The notes under the pieces were generated by a model. The model was given only the letters and a program-made list of their open reading frames with translations. It made no database searches and was not told where the DNA came from. The position numbers were made by a program, and so were the translations under genes. From Raillietiella orientalis (taxonomy: Eukaryota): 64,000 bases of DNA. This document shows positions 14,060-25,860 of this stretch, piece after piece (position 1 is the stretch's first letter; every line of letters starts with the position of its first letter). Location of the stretch: positions 2,790,001-2,854,000 of the forward strand of contig JAYWIR010000007.1 in assembly GCA_036172245.1 (NCBI GenBank), in the 5' to 3' direction.

Positions 14060-14927
14060 GGCCCGCGTCGAAGGCCTTGTGGTTAAGGCTTCCGCGTGTG
14101 GCACCGTGCGTCGCGGGTTCGAATACTTCGGCAGAAACTCTGACGCCACTGCGTCGTCGAGTTCCGAGTTTCTCCTGCAATGGCGCTGGTTGGCCGAGAC
14201 ATTCGGGCGTGGCACCGGCGGTGGATTAAGCAGAAGGCCCCCGATGAAGGCCGGAACAATGGGAAACTGACCTTTGGGTCTTCCCAGGAATGAAGGAGTG
14301 TGGAGTTCCCCCTCCGGTCTTACAACGGAGAGCGGACCCCCTCACCGGGGGACCCCTCCGGTTTCAAGGTGGAGCAGGAGCCCTTGCGGGCACCTGTCCA
14401 GTTGTTCAAAGGAGAGGACCCCCTTGTTGCGGGGGTCCCTCCGAGTCGTCGCCTCTTCAAAGAGTGCACAAGGAAGTAAGAGAGAGCGATTGCCTGCGGG
14501 AAGCTGCAGTTCCCCATCTGAGTTTCGGAAGCGTCCCTTCGGGATTCTCTTCAGAGGAGTGAACAGGAGCGGTTCCCTTGCGGGTTCCCTCCAGAGAAGA
14601 AATTCCTACAAGCGGATCCTTTCCGGGTTCCCTTCGGAGAAGTTGACATGGAGAGGACCACCCTTCTCCCAGGGGGTGTCCCTCCGGAGAGAATGAGGAA
14701 GGAGATTTCCTTCAGGGTTCCCCTTCGGAGACAACCAGGGTCGGAGGTACGATTCCCCCCCGGACGGGGGGAATCCCTCCCCAAGCGTGAGAGGAACGGA
14801 CTCCGAGCCCTTCCAGGATTCATAGGGCGGACCCCCATCCCAGGGTGCCCCCTATCCTGAAGAATTACACGCTCCCCTGCGGGTTGCCGCGGGCGGAGAG
14901 GCGTGGAAACTTATGAAAAAAAAAAAA
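14060..14927 (+). mobile_element. tRNA-derived SINE family, copy A (full length, with TSD)
   Basis: Head has an A-box-like GGCCTTGTGGTTAAGG and B-box GGTTCGAATAC (14116-14126). The body is GC-rich and repetitive, and the poly(A) tail lies at ~14916-14927. Flanked by direct repeats AATAAAG(T/C)TTCTTCGG at 14046-14061 and 14926-14941 (15/16 identical). No TTTT run seen on the sense strand. Confidence 0.9.
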
Positions 14928-16649
14928 TAAAGCTTCTTCGGGACATCTGTGGAAAATCAGATGTGAAAATCTCCAAAGGGCCCGATGTGCGGATGTGAAC
15001 AGATCTGCCACTCCCTATATGATGAATTACGTCGCAGCTGATGGAGCAGGCTTGGTAGTTTCCATCGGAAAACACAAGCAAATGAAAGACACAGTGTTGG
15101 AATTTCGGAAGCGACCTTTCCATCCCCTTTTGAAAATCCCGCTTTGCAGGTAGATATCTTGAGCGCCGTGAATTCGAGCGTTCCACACTCTTGCGCTCGC
15201 ACGGCTTGCTTTTCTCTGAAAATGCACCACAAAGAGAAGAAGGGATTTCCTTTTTCATTAGGTTTCCCGTTGCTGAGGTACGCACCATGAAGGGGACGGT
15301 TACGGCATGATGAGCTAAAAGTGAACAGGTGATTTCTTCCTTCCTTCTCGTTTTCCTTGAAGTACATCCCTCGAAAGAAACGCCGAGCAGACCAGAGGCT
15401 GTAAGTAATTTGCAGCTTATTAATCCCAGCATGTGGAAATGCATGCTGCTCACGGCCGATGCACTGACTTATTCTACCCAAGATCTTTCGGTCTTTTCGG
15501 TCAGCAGTTGACGGAGAACCTTGAAGTCCATGAAGCAACAAAAGCAGGTCATGCGCGGTTTGTGCCTGTTCGGACGTGCTTTTCAGCGATGAGGTTTAAA
15601 TCTAACGAATTTTGGGATCGTTATGCGCATCCGCATCCGTAACGCATCTTTCAAACCAGGCATAGCGATAAACCAGCGGTCACCTGCACAAGCCATTGAG
15701 TTCATGCAACTTCCTGTGGAGATCTCCATCTCCATAGATCATTTTTTTGCCAGCAGACGTGATGCAGAAGCAGGGAAAACGTCGTGGAAAGCAGGGAAGT
15801 CGTAGGAATGGTTTCCGCTTTCCAAAGGGCAAAACTTCTCGACATTTCTTCGGACCTTCTAGGATACCCTATTCAGTTATACACAGCATTGTAGGTGCCA
15901 TCTTTCTCAGGAGCTAACGAGGCACAAACACATCAAAATCATGCATGGAAAAATCAACCTGACGGGTTGCCATCCTGAGTCGCCTGTGAGACGGTTTTAC
16001 CTAGCTACATCTCTTTCTCACTTGAAAACAGCTTGTGATGTTTTCGCACGCAATTCAGGCGATCGCGCACGAATCATCACTTTGTGTACATTCTCTGAAA
16101 GGAAAAACAAAAACAAAATGCGCTTGGGTATTAAAAGACAAGAAATCCACATTTTGAGAAAATATTTCTTCCAAAAATCAATGGAGATCTCTCAGAAGGG
16201 GTTTCCGCATCCCTGTAACTCTCCTTAGGTGTTTGGAGGATGCAAATACATATGCATCCAGTTGACCATTTTCTCTTCCTGGAAGAGAACACCTTCAGAG
16301 AGACTTCATGAAGTGTCGCTATCACGTGATGTGGGTGTTGCTCCTTTGAAAGAATACTGGAAAAAAGGTTTTCCTATTCTGTTCTGCCGCTTTCTAGCAC
16401 AATCTTTTTCCGACTTTCACTTCATTTCAAAACGTCTTTGTACATTTGTCCTCCGGATGAACACTCATCATCGTGGGTAAACCCACTTTTACTTCCGGAC
16501 GATTGTTTCATGAACAGAGTTTCATGCATCTACGGAATCTGTGCTCCTCGATCAAACTCAATTGTATCTCAAGTGGTTCGTGACCGAACCATTATGATAG
16601 ACTACTGGGGTACAATGCACTTCCTGTATATTGTGCAGTTCATCATGTG

Positions 16650-18140
16650 TACTAATTACTAACGTGACTGATGCTGCAACCCTTTATTGTTGACCTGCAT
16701 CGTGGCGATTGCGTTTCTTTCGAAACGCAAAATTTACCAGTCTTTCGTTCTCATCATCAAAACTTAGGACATCGAGTTCTGCATGGAAAAGTCATCATTG
16801 TGAACGAGCCTGTCAGTTCAGCTTACACAGAAAGAAACGAACTTGAAAAAAATTTCTTCTTTTCCAGTCCAATGTGCTTCAGAGCATATGAATCCAACGA
16901 GGCACTGATGCAAGCAAGCATCAGTGAAGAACCCGCCAAAGTATAATTTGATAGGGTCTTTACTATTTCCAGATTTGTATCTATTTTACATAAAAGTACA
17001 AACATTACATACGGCAACCATCTTGCCTGAAGATATGAAGTGTTTCTCTCTCATCTTGTCACGAGATTCCCCTAACAGAAAAATCATCCTTGTCCTTCCA
17101 GGTGATGATGCTGAGTTGGGCACGTTTGCAGTTGTGCCCTTTGCTTGCTTTTTGTCTTGTGGTCGTTCGATGGCTTCGGGTCTGCAGTTTTTGTTCTCAT
17201 ATACTCTCTCATATCTCAGTTCCGTTGATGACTTCATCAACAGAACCAGCATCCGTGTTTTCATCTTCCCCCGAACCGGAATGTTCTAATAGCACTCTCT
17301 TCAAATCTTTGCTCCCAAGTTTCGCATTGCCAGTAGTCGGTGCCCTTTTTGATTTCTTGAACATTGCTGATTGCTCCCATCTTACGGCTCCACTGTTTTT
17401 CCATGTTATTTGAGAATTAACAAATTCTTGTGTAGCATCACCATGTGCAGCTTTTAATTTTACGATGGACCTATGTGGACTAATTTGTTATTTTATTTCC
17501 AGGCTCCACAAAGTGCATCAAGAAATATGGCGATCGAGACCAGTTCGAAAAAGGATGCTGGATGATTCTCTCGCAGATCCTAAGTGCCACTGTGAAGTCT
17601 TGCAAGGCGGAAATTATGCCCCAATCTTCAATATGCCAGACAAGGAAGGTTCTATCCTGGTTAAATCTATTCTTATCTATTAACTCTTTTGGAAACCGTA
17701 ACAAGAGGTGATGAAAAAAAAGATTCACAACAAGATACAGAAATACCTTCTTCCTCAAAGTGGACCTTTCTGTTGTTTTCTTTTATTTTCTAGGCTCCGC
17801 AAAGTGAAACAAACATACTCTCGATTTATTTAAAAGTTATACGTGTGACAGAAAATTGTATGAGGATACTTATACGGAAGTGGTAACCAATAGATGCGGT
17901 GCAAAACTGAATACAAAAGCAAAACGATGTCAAGTTGCATATGCGTCCTTTTCCAAGGAGGATACGTGGTTACAGTACGCATGCCATGAAAGACGAAACC
18001 ACTCCACGAAGGAGGAAAAATTTGCAAAGTTTCCTCAGTTGCAACCTCACAATAACATTCAGCCACAAGACTTTGCTGTGTTAACGGAACAACCATGTAT
18101 CCAAGGGTCAATTCAAGGAACAAGTTGTATCTTAACACAC
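16650..18140 (+). mobile_element. Possible decayed DNA transposase (Sola-like) remnant
   Basis: Weak motif order: LPVFRSHH (cf. FPxxESHY), NFFFSSP, FNFT, W..ETSSKKG, and C-terminal SKEDTWLQY...FPQLQ. Very degraded. Confidence 0.25.
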
Positions 18141-18899
18141 GTCTGACCTTTTGACAACAGTGTCCATCACCTGATTTTCCAAAACTTGCACCAGAGATGC
18201 TCTAAGGATGCCTTTCTGGCAGCTGGAACTTCGAACCATCTAGCCAACCCCTCATCGATGTCCACTGCCTCTCAGCTGTCTTCGGTGTCGCGGGAAACAC
18301 GTCAAAAGCACTCTTGCGCTCTGGCACGAGCGGTTGTGTTGCTTCACGTGCTGCACTTTCTTGTTGAGTTCCGTCAGAGTCAACTCCCGGAGAGCTAAAG
18401 CTACACAACTGACCTCCTTTCTGTTTACCAGAGATGTAACACAGGAATTTGTCTCAAATCATTGATGTGAGGACTTTAATGCGGCTGTTATTGCGCAAGA
18501 AAAGCAATTTTCTTTTGCAGAACACAAATCGATAAGACACCCTCTTTTCTATCGGTCGGTCGAAAAAGGGGTTAGGAAGCACCCCAATTCACAGCTGTCT
18601 TTCGACTAAAAGGAACCCATGGGGTGCTTCTAGACATGCTTAATGAACAGCTTCAGGATGGTTCTTTTTGCAGATTTCACCGAGTTTGGGGTGAGTCTCG
18701 TTTTTGATTTTTCCGGTACAGGTCTGCGATTTATGGGACAAAACTGGAGGGAGATTTCCAGGACCCCATTTTTGTCCGCAGATGTCTCTCCGTTCAGGAT
18801 TGCTGCTTCTTGCTCAAAGTTGGTTTGAAGGTGTCCAGCCTTCGAACCAACTTCAGGAAGAGCTTACGAACCAACTACAGAAGTAACTTGGGGTCAGAG

Positions 18900-20000
18900 G
18901 GAGTTCACGACGCGTGCATTCCTGCCGTATATGAGGTTGTGAACTCCCTCCTCGGGACAGTTCATTTTCCTAATCATCGAACTTGCCCTGCGACATTAGG
19001 GTATGCTCCTTCCCCCAGCTTCTCGAGCGGCGTGGGTAGCGCCTCATTAGCCGGTCGCTTTAATAGACAGGCACGGGTCAAGCGGAATAAACAGCAATCT
19101 CCGTGATGCCATCTCCTACTCTCCGGAGGACTCCGAGAAATTAATCTTCCTGATTATTGTTATGGGGTTCGAGATCTTCAGGGCCACGAAGTCCACCTCA
19201 ATTGCCTCTTGGCAGTCGAATACTCTGCAGAAGTCTTTCAGTTTTCCTCATCTCTTTTTATTAATTTGGAGCCATGGTTTAGGGGTGTTATGATTCTGTA
19301 AAGGGAAGAAACTCTGAGGTCACAGTAAGCAAGTTCCTTGCTTTTTCACGTCTGTGGTCTCCAATTAGCTCAAGTCTTAGGAAGATCGTACTGATGGCTC
19401 TTCAGATGCAAGCCGTTTGAGCGCTCGTGTGGGCCGAAGTTCAGACATAGGGAGAGGAAGGGTGAGGGTGAGGAACAGACCTTTTCATCCCTTTGAAGCA
19501 TCTCCCTGACCGCCTACATGAGCATCAATGCTTTATCGATCTCTCCCGTGCTTACAGATTTGAAATTCACCCACGCCTTGCAGAAATGGAGCGAAGGGAC
19601 CTCATTGAGGATGGCGCGTTTCCTTGGCAACGAAGGAAAGAAAACCACACCGTTGCTGTCCTGGAGTTCGAGAAGCTCCCAGTCTTTCCGTTGGTTCGTC
19701 TGCAAAATTACAAGAGCTCCTCCTTCCCTTTACTTCCCGTCTAATTCTGATCATTCGCAGTTCTCCCTGAGTCTCATTGGAAAATTCTGTTAATCTTTCT
19801 AGAAACCGCTGCTCCCAAGAATCCTGCATTCAGATCGTTGAGTGCGGGTCCTGAGATTTCAACAGATTCCATGGACATACCAACATATATCAGCATGTGC
19901 GGCAGGTTTCCTGATCACTTCGGTACTGAATGCAATCTAGTTGTGTTCTCTCAGGGAATCCTGCCGGATAGCAGCAGCCATGGCGAAGCAACCTGCATTC
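18900..20000 (-). mobile_element. Decayed Ty3/Gypsy pol (RT-RNaseH) remnant
   Basis: Minus-strand order: LIYVG (~19880, cf. VYLDD), ILGSSGF (cf. LxxAGL), DASKG (~19495), NHNTPKPWL (~19280, cf. TDHxPLxWL), LLQSI, then VPR...MHA (cf. integrase Zn-domain lead-in). Confidence 0.45.
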
Positions 20001-23000
20001 GTGCACTGGATGTGAAAGAAAAGCAACGCCAAACCAAAGTTCGTTCGTTGTCCGTTCCCTCCCTATGATTTATATTTATTTACTGTCCCCTTACATGTTC
20101 GACCTGGAGGGCGGCGATCCCTTCCTGGAGAACTTGTTTCCAGTAAAAACTCAGTTCTCGCAGGACGTGCTCATCTATTTTGTTAACTAAACTTCCAGAA
20201 TGATTCTCACTTCGAGATTTCCAGGTCATCTATTCAAAATAAATAAACATAATTTCCATAGTTAGGGCAGAGCCGACATGTACCGGTCGGAAACGGGAGG
20301 AACCTTTTACTCTGGGGCCACGGCCACAGGAAGGCACGAGAGAGAGATAGAGCCAACAAACAAATAGGGAATGGGGATGGACCGACTTCGAAGTGCTATA
20401 CATGATTCCCTCTTTTCTACCTAGGGAACGGAAAGAGAGAGTTTGTCGCCCACAATCGTCGTGAGGTTTCTTCGCACCTCGCATCCCCGATCGGGACATT
20501 TCATCTCCCTACAGAAGATGGAGACAGAGACTACAAACGGCCGTGCCCTTTCACCATCATGGAGGTCTCTCCCTCTCTCACGAATAGTATCGAATCGACG
20601 GCCAGGGGACAACCGGTAAGCCTGGAGGAGCGAGCGTCTCTGGATAGATCATGCAAGGAGGCCTCTGCGATGGGCGCTCCCGTCCTTGATCCACTCCTCC
20701 GCGTTGCGGAAACACGTGCGGAAGGATCCCCATCCAGTGAGTGCATTTCTTGAGCACTCTCCCTGCTGAGGAATGGCAACATTGGTCACTTAGGGGCTGA
20801 GACTACAGCACCACCAAGATGGCAGTCTGCTGGAAGCGTAGGTGAAGAACGCAGCCGTCGACCAGGAAAGCAGGGATCTCGAAGTGTTCAAAGGGGATGC
20901 CAGTTGCCTGGCATCCCCTTTGAACTGAACCCCCCCAACTGGATCCGAGTTACGTCTTCTCGCGTGGTTTCGTCCTCCAGCCATGACGTCTTCCGTTGAG
21001 CGGTGAGCTTGGTGGTCCCCGCGATGCGGCAGGTCACTTGGCACTCGGCACATCCCATCGATGCAGGTAAGGACGCATGGCATCTTGAGTGGACGTGCAC
21101 TCAGAGCCCTGGGAAGCGAGCTAGCTAGTCCAGGATCTCGCTGAGGGAAAAGTCCCTCAAGGGGTTGACGGCAGCGTTGTTGGCAGGCTTGGACTCAGGG
21201 GAGGATCCTTATGAGAGGGCTCGGAGTTATTTCTAGTGTTTCTAATGTTAGATGATGCACATTGTGTTATGAACTTATCGACCTGTTGTTTTTTTTTATT
21301 CGACTGAGCCATTATTGCGGTGGGACGTGAGCCAACAGCGCGTTGTACAAGTTGTACAATCACATCATGAGAATTGGTATTTGTTACGAGAGCCTCCGTA
21401 GACACTGAGTACATCCTTCCTCGCGAGGGGAGAGTGCCGTGGATCGAATGTGCAAGAGATTTTGGTGCGGTGAAATTCTCTCCTTGCTCATGCTAAATCA
21501 CTTGCATCCTGGGCCTAACAGCCCAGATCAAGAGGGTCGTGCAGAAATACTAGGAGTTGGTGGTTTTCAACCCGCCAGTTCCGGTGGTCTAGTGCAAACT
21601 CCCAGCTGACTTCAAGATGATAAGAGAGTTGTCATACTCGGAGTAACCTTCTCTTTGAGGACTCAGGGGCAACTCTGGAAGGCTCAGGACAACGCAAGGA
21701 GAGCGAATGCGAAGGACCAACTCTCCGATTTTCTTCCAAAGGAGCTTCTCTTCCATACCAAGGTCATGCAGTATTCTTTAGAGTCGAGAAAGGAGATGGG
21801 AAGAAATTTCTCTCCGCCTGTTCAGCATGAACCGCAAAACTATCGCTCATAAGAGACATATATGCGATTGTGACCTCTTGGTGTCGAACACAGGTCGACT
21901 AGTGCTTACTCCTTAACTCGCTCTTTCTCTACTCTTGCCTCCATGGAAACACATTTTTCCGATCCTTTGGTGTACTCATCGTACAAACGCTCAAAATAGG
22001 TGCGTCTCGGAGCCCTCGTATCTGTCATTCAGCCTGCCATTCAAAACGACCTCCCATCATCCATTTTTGAATTCTGATCGTTCGGGAATTCATCTGACAG
22101 ATGGTTTGACCGCAGTGCTTTCAACTGGAGGTGCAGAGTGCGGTGAGCGCCTTTTCACCGATTTGCTTGCCCTGCAGGCGTGTTCGCCTCAACTCGAACG
22201 GTCGTCTGGAGAGAGAAACTTGAAAGTGTACAACTGAACACTTGAACTTTGAGCGTGAACTCAGCAGAGCTTTCCCATTCAACAAAGTCTTATTTGAGAT
22301 GCACTAGTTCATCACGTTGCTTGGTTACTGTTTGGTGTACCAGAAGTATCCACATGAAAGGGGATATATTATTTGGTAAAATGAAATGATGAATTCACAA
22401 AGTAACAGACTGCCCTTCTTCTTGTAAGGCGAAGAGGTGGATTCAATTACAGGTGAGGAATGAACTCCGGTAGCGATAGGATACAAACGGGAGAACCTCT
22501 GAAACAGGAACAAGAAAAGTTGCTAAATGTTGCAGAATGACGATCTGAATTGCTATTTGCAGGACTCAAGGTTTCTCATCTGATATTATCGGGTCGTTGA
22601 TTTGACATGAATAAACAAAATTTACAAGAAAACGTCCTAAACGAAAGAACGAGAATAGAACTAGGGAGCGTGACTCCATAAGTTAGTAGAGGATGGGATG
22701 GACTGGCTTCACAATGATGAATAATTGACACGTCCATGATGATAGCATGATTTCCAAGGGTCGGGTATGATGAGGTAAGGGGAGAAAGAAGGGATGTTGT
22801 TACTGGTTTTGAGCGAATCCGATCACAGTTGTCCTGAGATCATCTTGTATTTCATAAGCGAGTGTGAGCCATTTCACCGCACTAGCCATAACAGCAGTGG
22901 AGACTTTGGAAGTTGTGATGACTTCAGCACTATTCTTGCATTTGGAGATCACTGCTGCGCTCACGTGGAAGAAGATAGCCTGCAAAGAAACAACTGATAA

Positions 23001-25099
23001 GCCCGAAGATGTGAACATTCTTCTGAACGTATTGTACCAAAGTGTTCTGAAAAGCAGCATCGGGAAGTGAAAGCTACTTTTGAGTGATGGCAACTGACTG
23101 TTTGAGGAGAGCTTCCTGATTCCAGGATGAGTGCCAAGGTCTTTCAAGACCATACCTCAAAACAGGATGAACTTGAGGATGGCTGTCCGTGAGCTGGAGC
23201 ACGACTTTGGGTGGAAAGCCATTCGTTGGGAAACTCACTCATCAGTTAAGAAAAGATATGGCCCTCTCTATGCTCACAGGAATGAAGATTCTGAAGAACT
23301 ACCAGTGATTGCCTATTCTAAATGAATCCCATAACCTCGGTCTTCTTCGAGAGAGGTACGCATTTTTCACAGCAAAAATCTGCTTCGATGGGAAAAAGGA
23401 ACACGAGCAGAATGCATCATGAGAGAAGTGTACAAGTGGTTTTATCTTATTCCAAAGCAGTTATAGCTTGCTTAAATTATTTTCGACTATTTACCGAACG
23501 CTTATTTTTAATTATTTATTATTCTACTTGTTCTTGAAATGTTCTTCCTTGTAGGATGAGTGGTGATTCAACAGGAGTCGTCTTGCATATTCTTACATAT
23601 TTAGCCTTCTTTCTGATCTGTTGCACTATCATGCATTGCGTTACAGATATATACATATGTATGCATGTATGTCCACTTGTTACATTTTTGGTAATTTTTA
23701 ATATTTAAGGAGGAACTGTTATTATCCCATCGATTGTTCTATAGAAAATAGTCATTGGAAATGATCTGAGGGATTTTACTGCCTAGGTTTTTATCTTGCT
23801 GGCTCAGCATCTATGAGACTCTTAAAATGATAGGAAAGAAAAAAAGGAAGATAATAAAAGACCTTTGTCGTTTCGGCAATTGGCTTAATTACAAGACACT
23901 TGTAGAGAAAGGTAAAGAATGCTGCTGTTCTGAAGTAAACGAGCAAACAAAATGGATGTCAAATCTAAAATGTTCCCATATTCGTGCTAGGGTAGCGGGA
24001 AGGGATATTTCAGCCTTAGATCAGCCCAGGCATGACAAGATCATGGGAGAGTCTCTATCTCAGCTGGTTTTTCTTATCGAAGACAAAAGACATCTTGGGA
24101 ACCAGAACCATTTCCTTAGAAAGACTCAGATAAGAAGAATATAGAAGAAGAATGCCCTGCATAAGTTGTGATTCACTAAAGACGGATAAAGTCGATGATC
24201 ATCTTTAATCCTCAGATGCGGAAACCAAAGGAGCAAGAACCATTACCGGAGACGTTGTTTAGAAAATCCCTTCGCAGGCCAAAGGATAAATTTCCAAATT
24301 AGCTGTCGTCCCCATCTGGGACTGAAATACGTTGAAAAGCATCGCAACACTTTAACACCGAGAATGGAAAATGCTAGAAATTTGTTCCTGAATCTGAGAG
24401 CTTTTCCTATAATTCTGATTTCATGATTGTCAGCAAACTACAGTTTAGGGAAGAATGGTTCAGCTCAAAAACGAGTTTGTTTCTTGTATGGATCTCCTTC
24501 ACTTCCATCATACTCTGCTGATAATCCACTAAATTTCTTTTTCGCTGATGCTAGACAATGTTTTCTATAGAGAGAGAGAAAAAGAGAGAGAGAAAGGCAG
24601 CATTTATGAATCCTGAGAAGCACCAATTGAGCAATTAGTCGAGTCCACCGGAGTTACTTGCTGATAATCTTAATTGTACTCACCCAATGAATGATGATGG
24701 AAGTGGTCTTAAGCGGAAACATTTCCAACAATGAGATGCTCATCATCTTTCAGATATCAGTGTGACGGCAACCTCATAGACAAAGATGAAAGTTAGACCA
24801 TCTTAATGAAAACAAAACCCTATTGATCATCAATGTTGGCCGACCAAGTTGAATCAATAACCATCCCTGTTGAAAAACTAAGAAGCAGTCAACAAGGTAC
24901 TCAAGGAGTGCTTCTGTGAAGCCGAATAAGGGAGGATCAAGGATCGCGCACCCAGTCTTGTCCCTGATCACTTTCTAAAGGTAAGAAAGTAAATCACTTG
25001 AAATGACTCGGTCTGACCGAAGCACGAACAGTTAGTAATCTCCTGAAGTCACTAAAAAAAATGAATCGAACATCTCGAGATTCTTAGCAATGGTCGTTC

Positions 25100-25860
25100 A
25101 TTGTTCATAGCAATGGTCTCATTATTCCAGAGCCTTCCTCCACAGCGTCGACTCTCACTGACGTCCTTTTCTTGTGAATTATTGGTGCAGAAAAGTCATA
25201 CAGCGACTCTTGCATTACGAGGGAATCAAAAGCCGTACGACCATCGGACACCGAAAACAAAAGAGCATCAATCAGATGACAAGTGCTATCTCTCGTTATT
25301 TGATGAGCTTGCTCGCATTCAAGATCAGCTTTCACACATCACGACTTTTACAGTGCAGCACATCCTGCGAAGGACAGGTGGACAGCTCCTTGAATCAGCT
25401 GACAACATCGATCGAAGAATAACTAGATGAGGAAGTTCCCGGGTTGTGGATGCACCTTCTGTCGATCCGATTCCTTGCAATTTAAGGAAGAGCTGCAGCT
25501 GTTGCGAGTTCCCTTGCATGCTGCTTGCCGCGGACTAAACCTCCACATCACGAATACTGGCAGCAACATCTTCGACAGATCTCATACCCCTGCCTGCGCT
25601 TGCTGTTTCTTCCTTCTGCAGCGCTTCCAAACTCATTCACAAACAGCGTGAAGAATGCTTTCTATCGAATTCAGGCTTCAGAAGCCGAAATGCTCCAATC
25701 TTCCTCGAACAGCAAAATTTCTCTTGCTCTAAAGAAACACCCTCTTCAACTCTCTTTCCAGGAACCACTAATTTTCTCACCTCCATCCACTATTCTTCCA
25801 GTCTTACGAGATCTCTTTGAGCTTCTGCTGCGAGTGGAATTACAGTCGGCACCGTAAATG
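25100..25860 (+). mobile_element. Decayed hAT transposase (Tip100/ZMYM1-like) remnant
   Basis: YLSLFDELARIQDQLSHITTF (cf. FSIxxDExxDxxxxEQLS), TGGQLLES (cf. TGxxL) and PLHAACRGLNLHI (cf. HCxAHxLNL) occur in the expected order across ORFs 25101-25430 and 25427-25651. Confidence 0.5.

Noticed and set aside
14060..14135. Functional tRNA-His gene
   Set aside because: Acceptor and anticodon stems do not pair properly and there is no downstream T-run terminator. It is the head of a TSD-flanked repeat.
14190..14270. Hammerhead ribozyme-like words (GGCCGAGAC ... CCGATGAAGGCC ... GAAAC) in the SINE
   Set aside because: The core deviates from CUGANGA/GAAA, there is no valid NUH site with stems I and III, and copy B lacks the GAAA. 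An Infernal search would be needed to revive it.
14520..14760. CRISPR-like repeat array
   Set aside because: The repeats are short and degenerate, the 'spacers' are conserved between dispersed copies, there are no cas genes, and the context is eukaryotic.
22800..23153. MULE-like transposase fragment or host exon (LQAIFFHVSAAVISK)
   Set aside because: A single weak motif with no supporting neighbours or clear splice structure.
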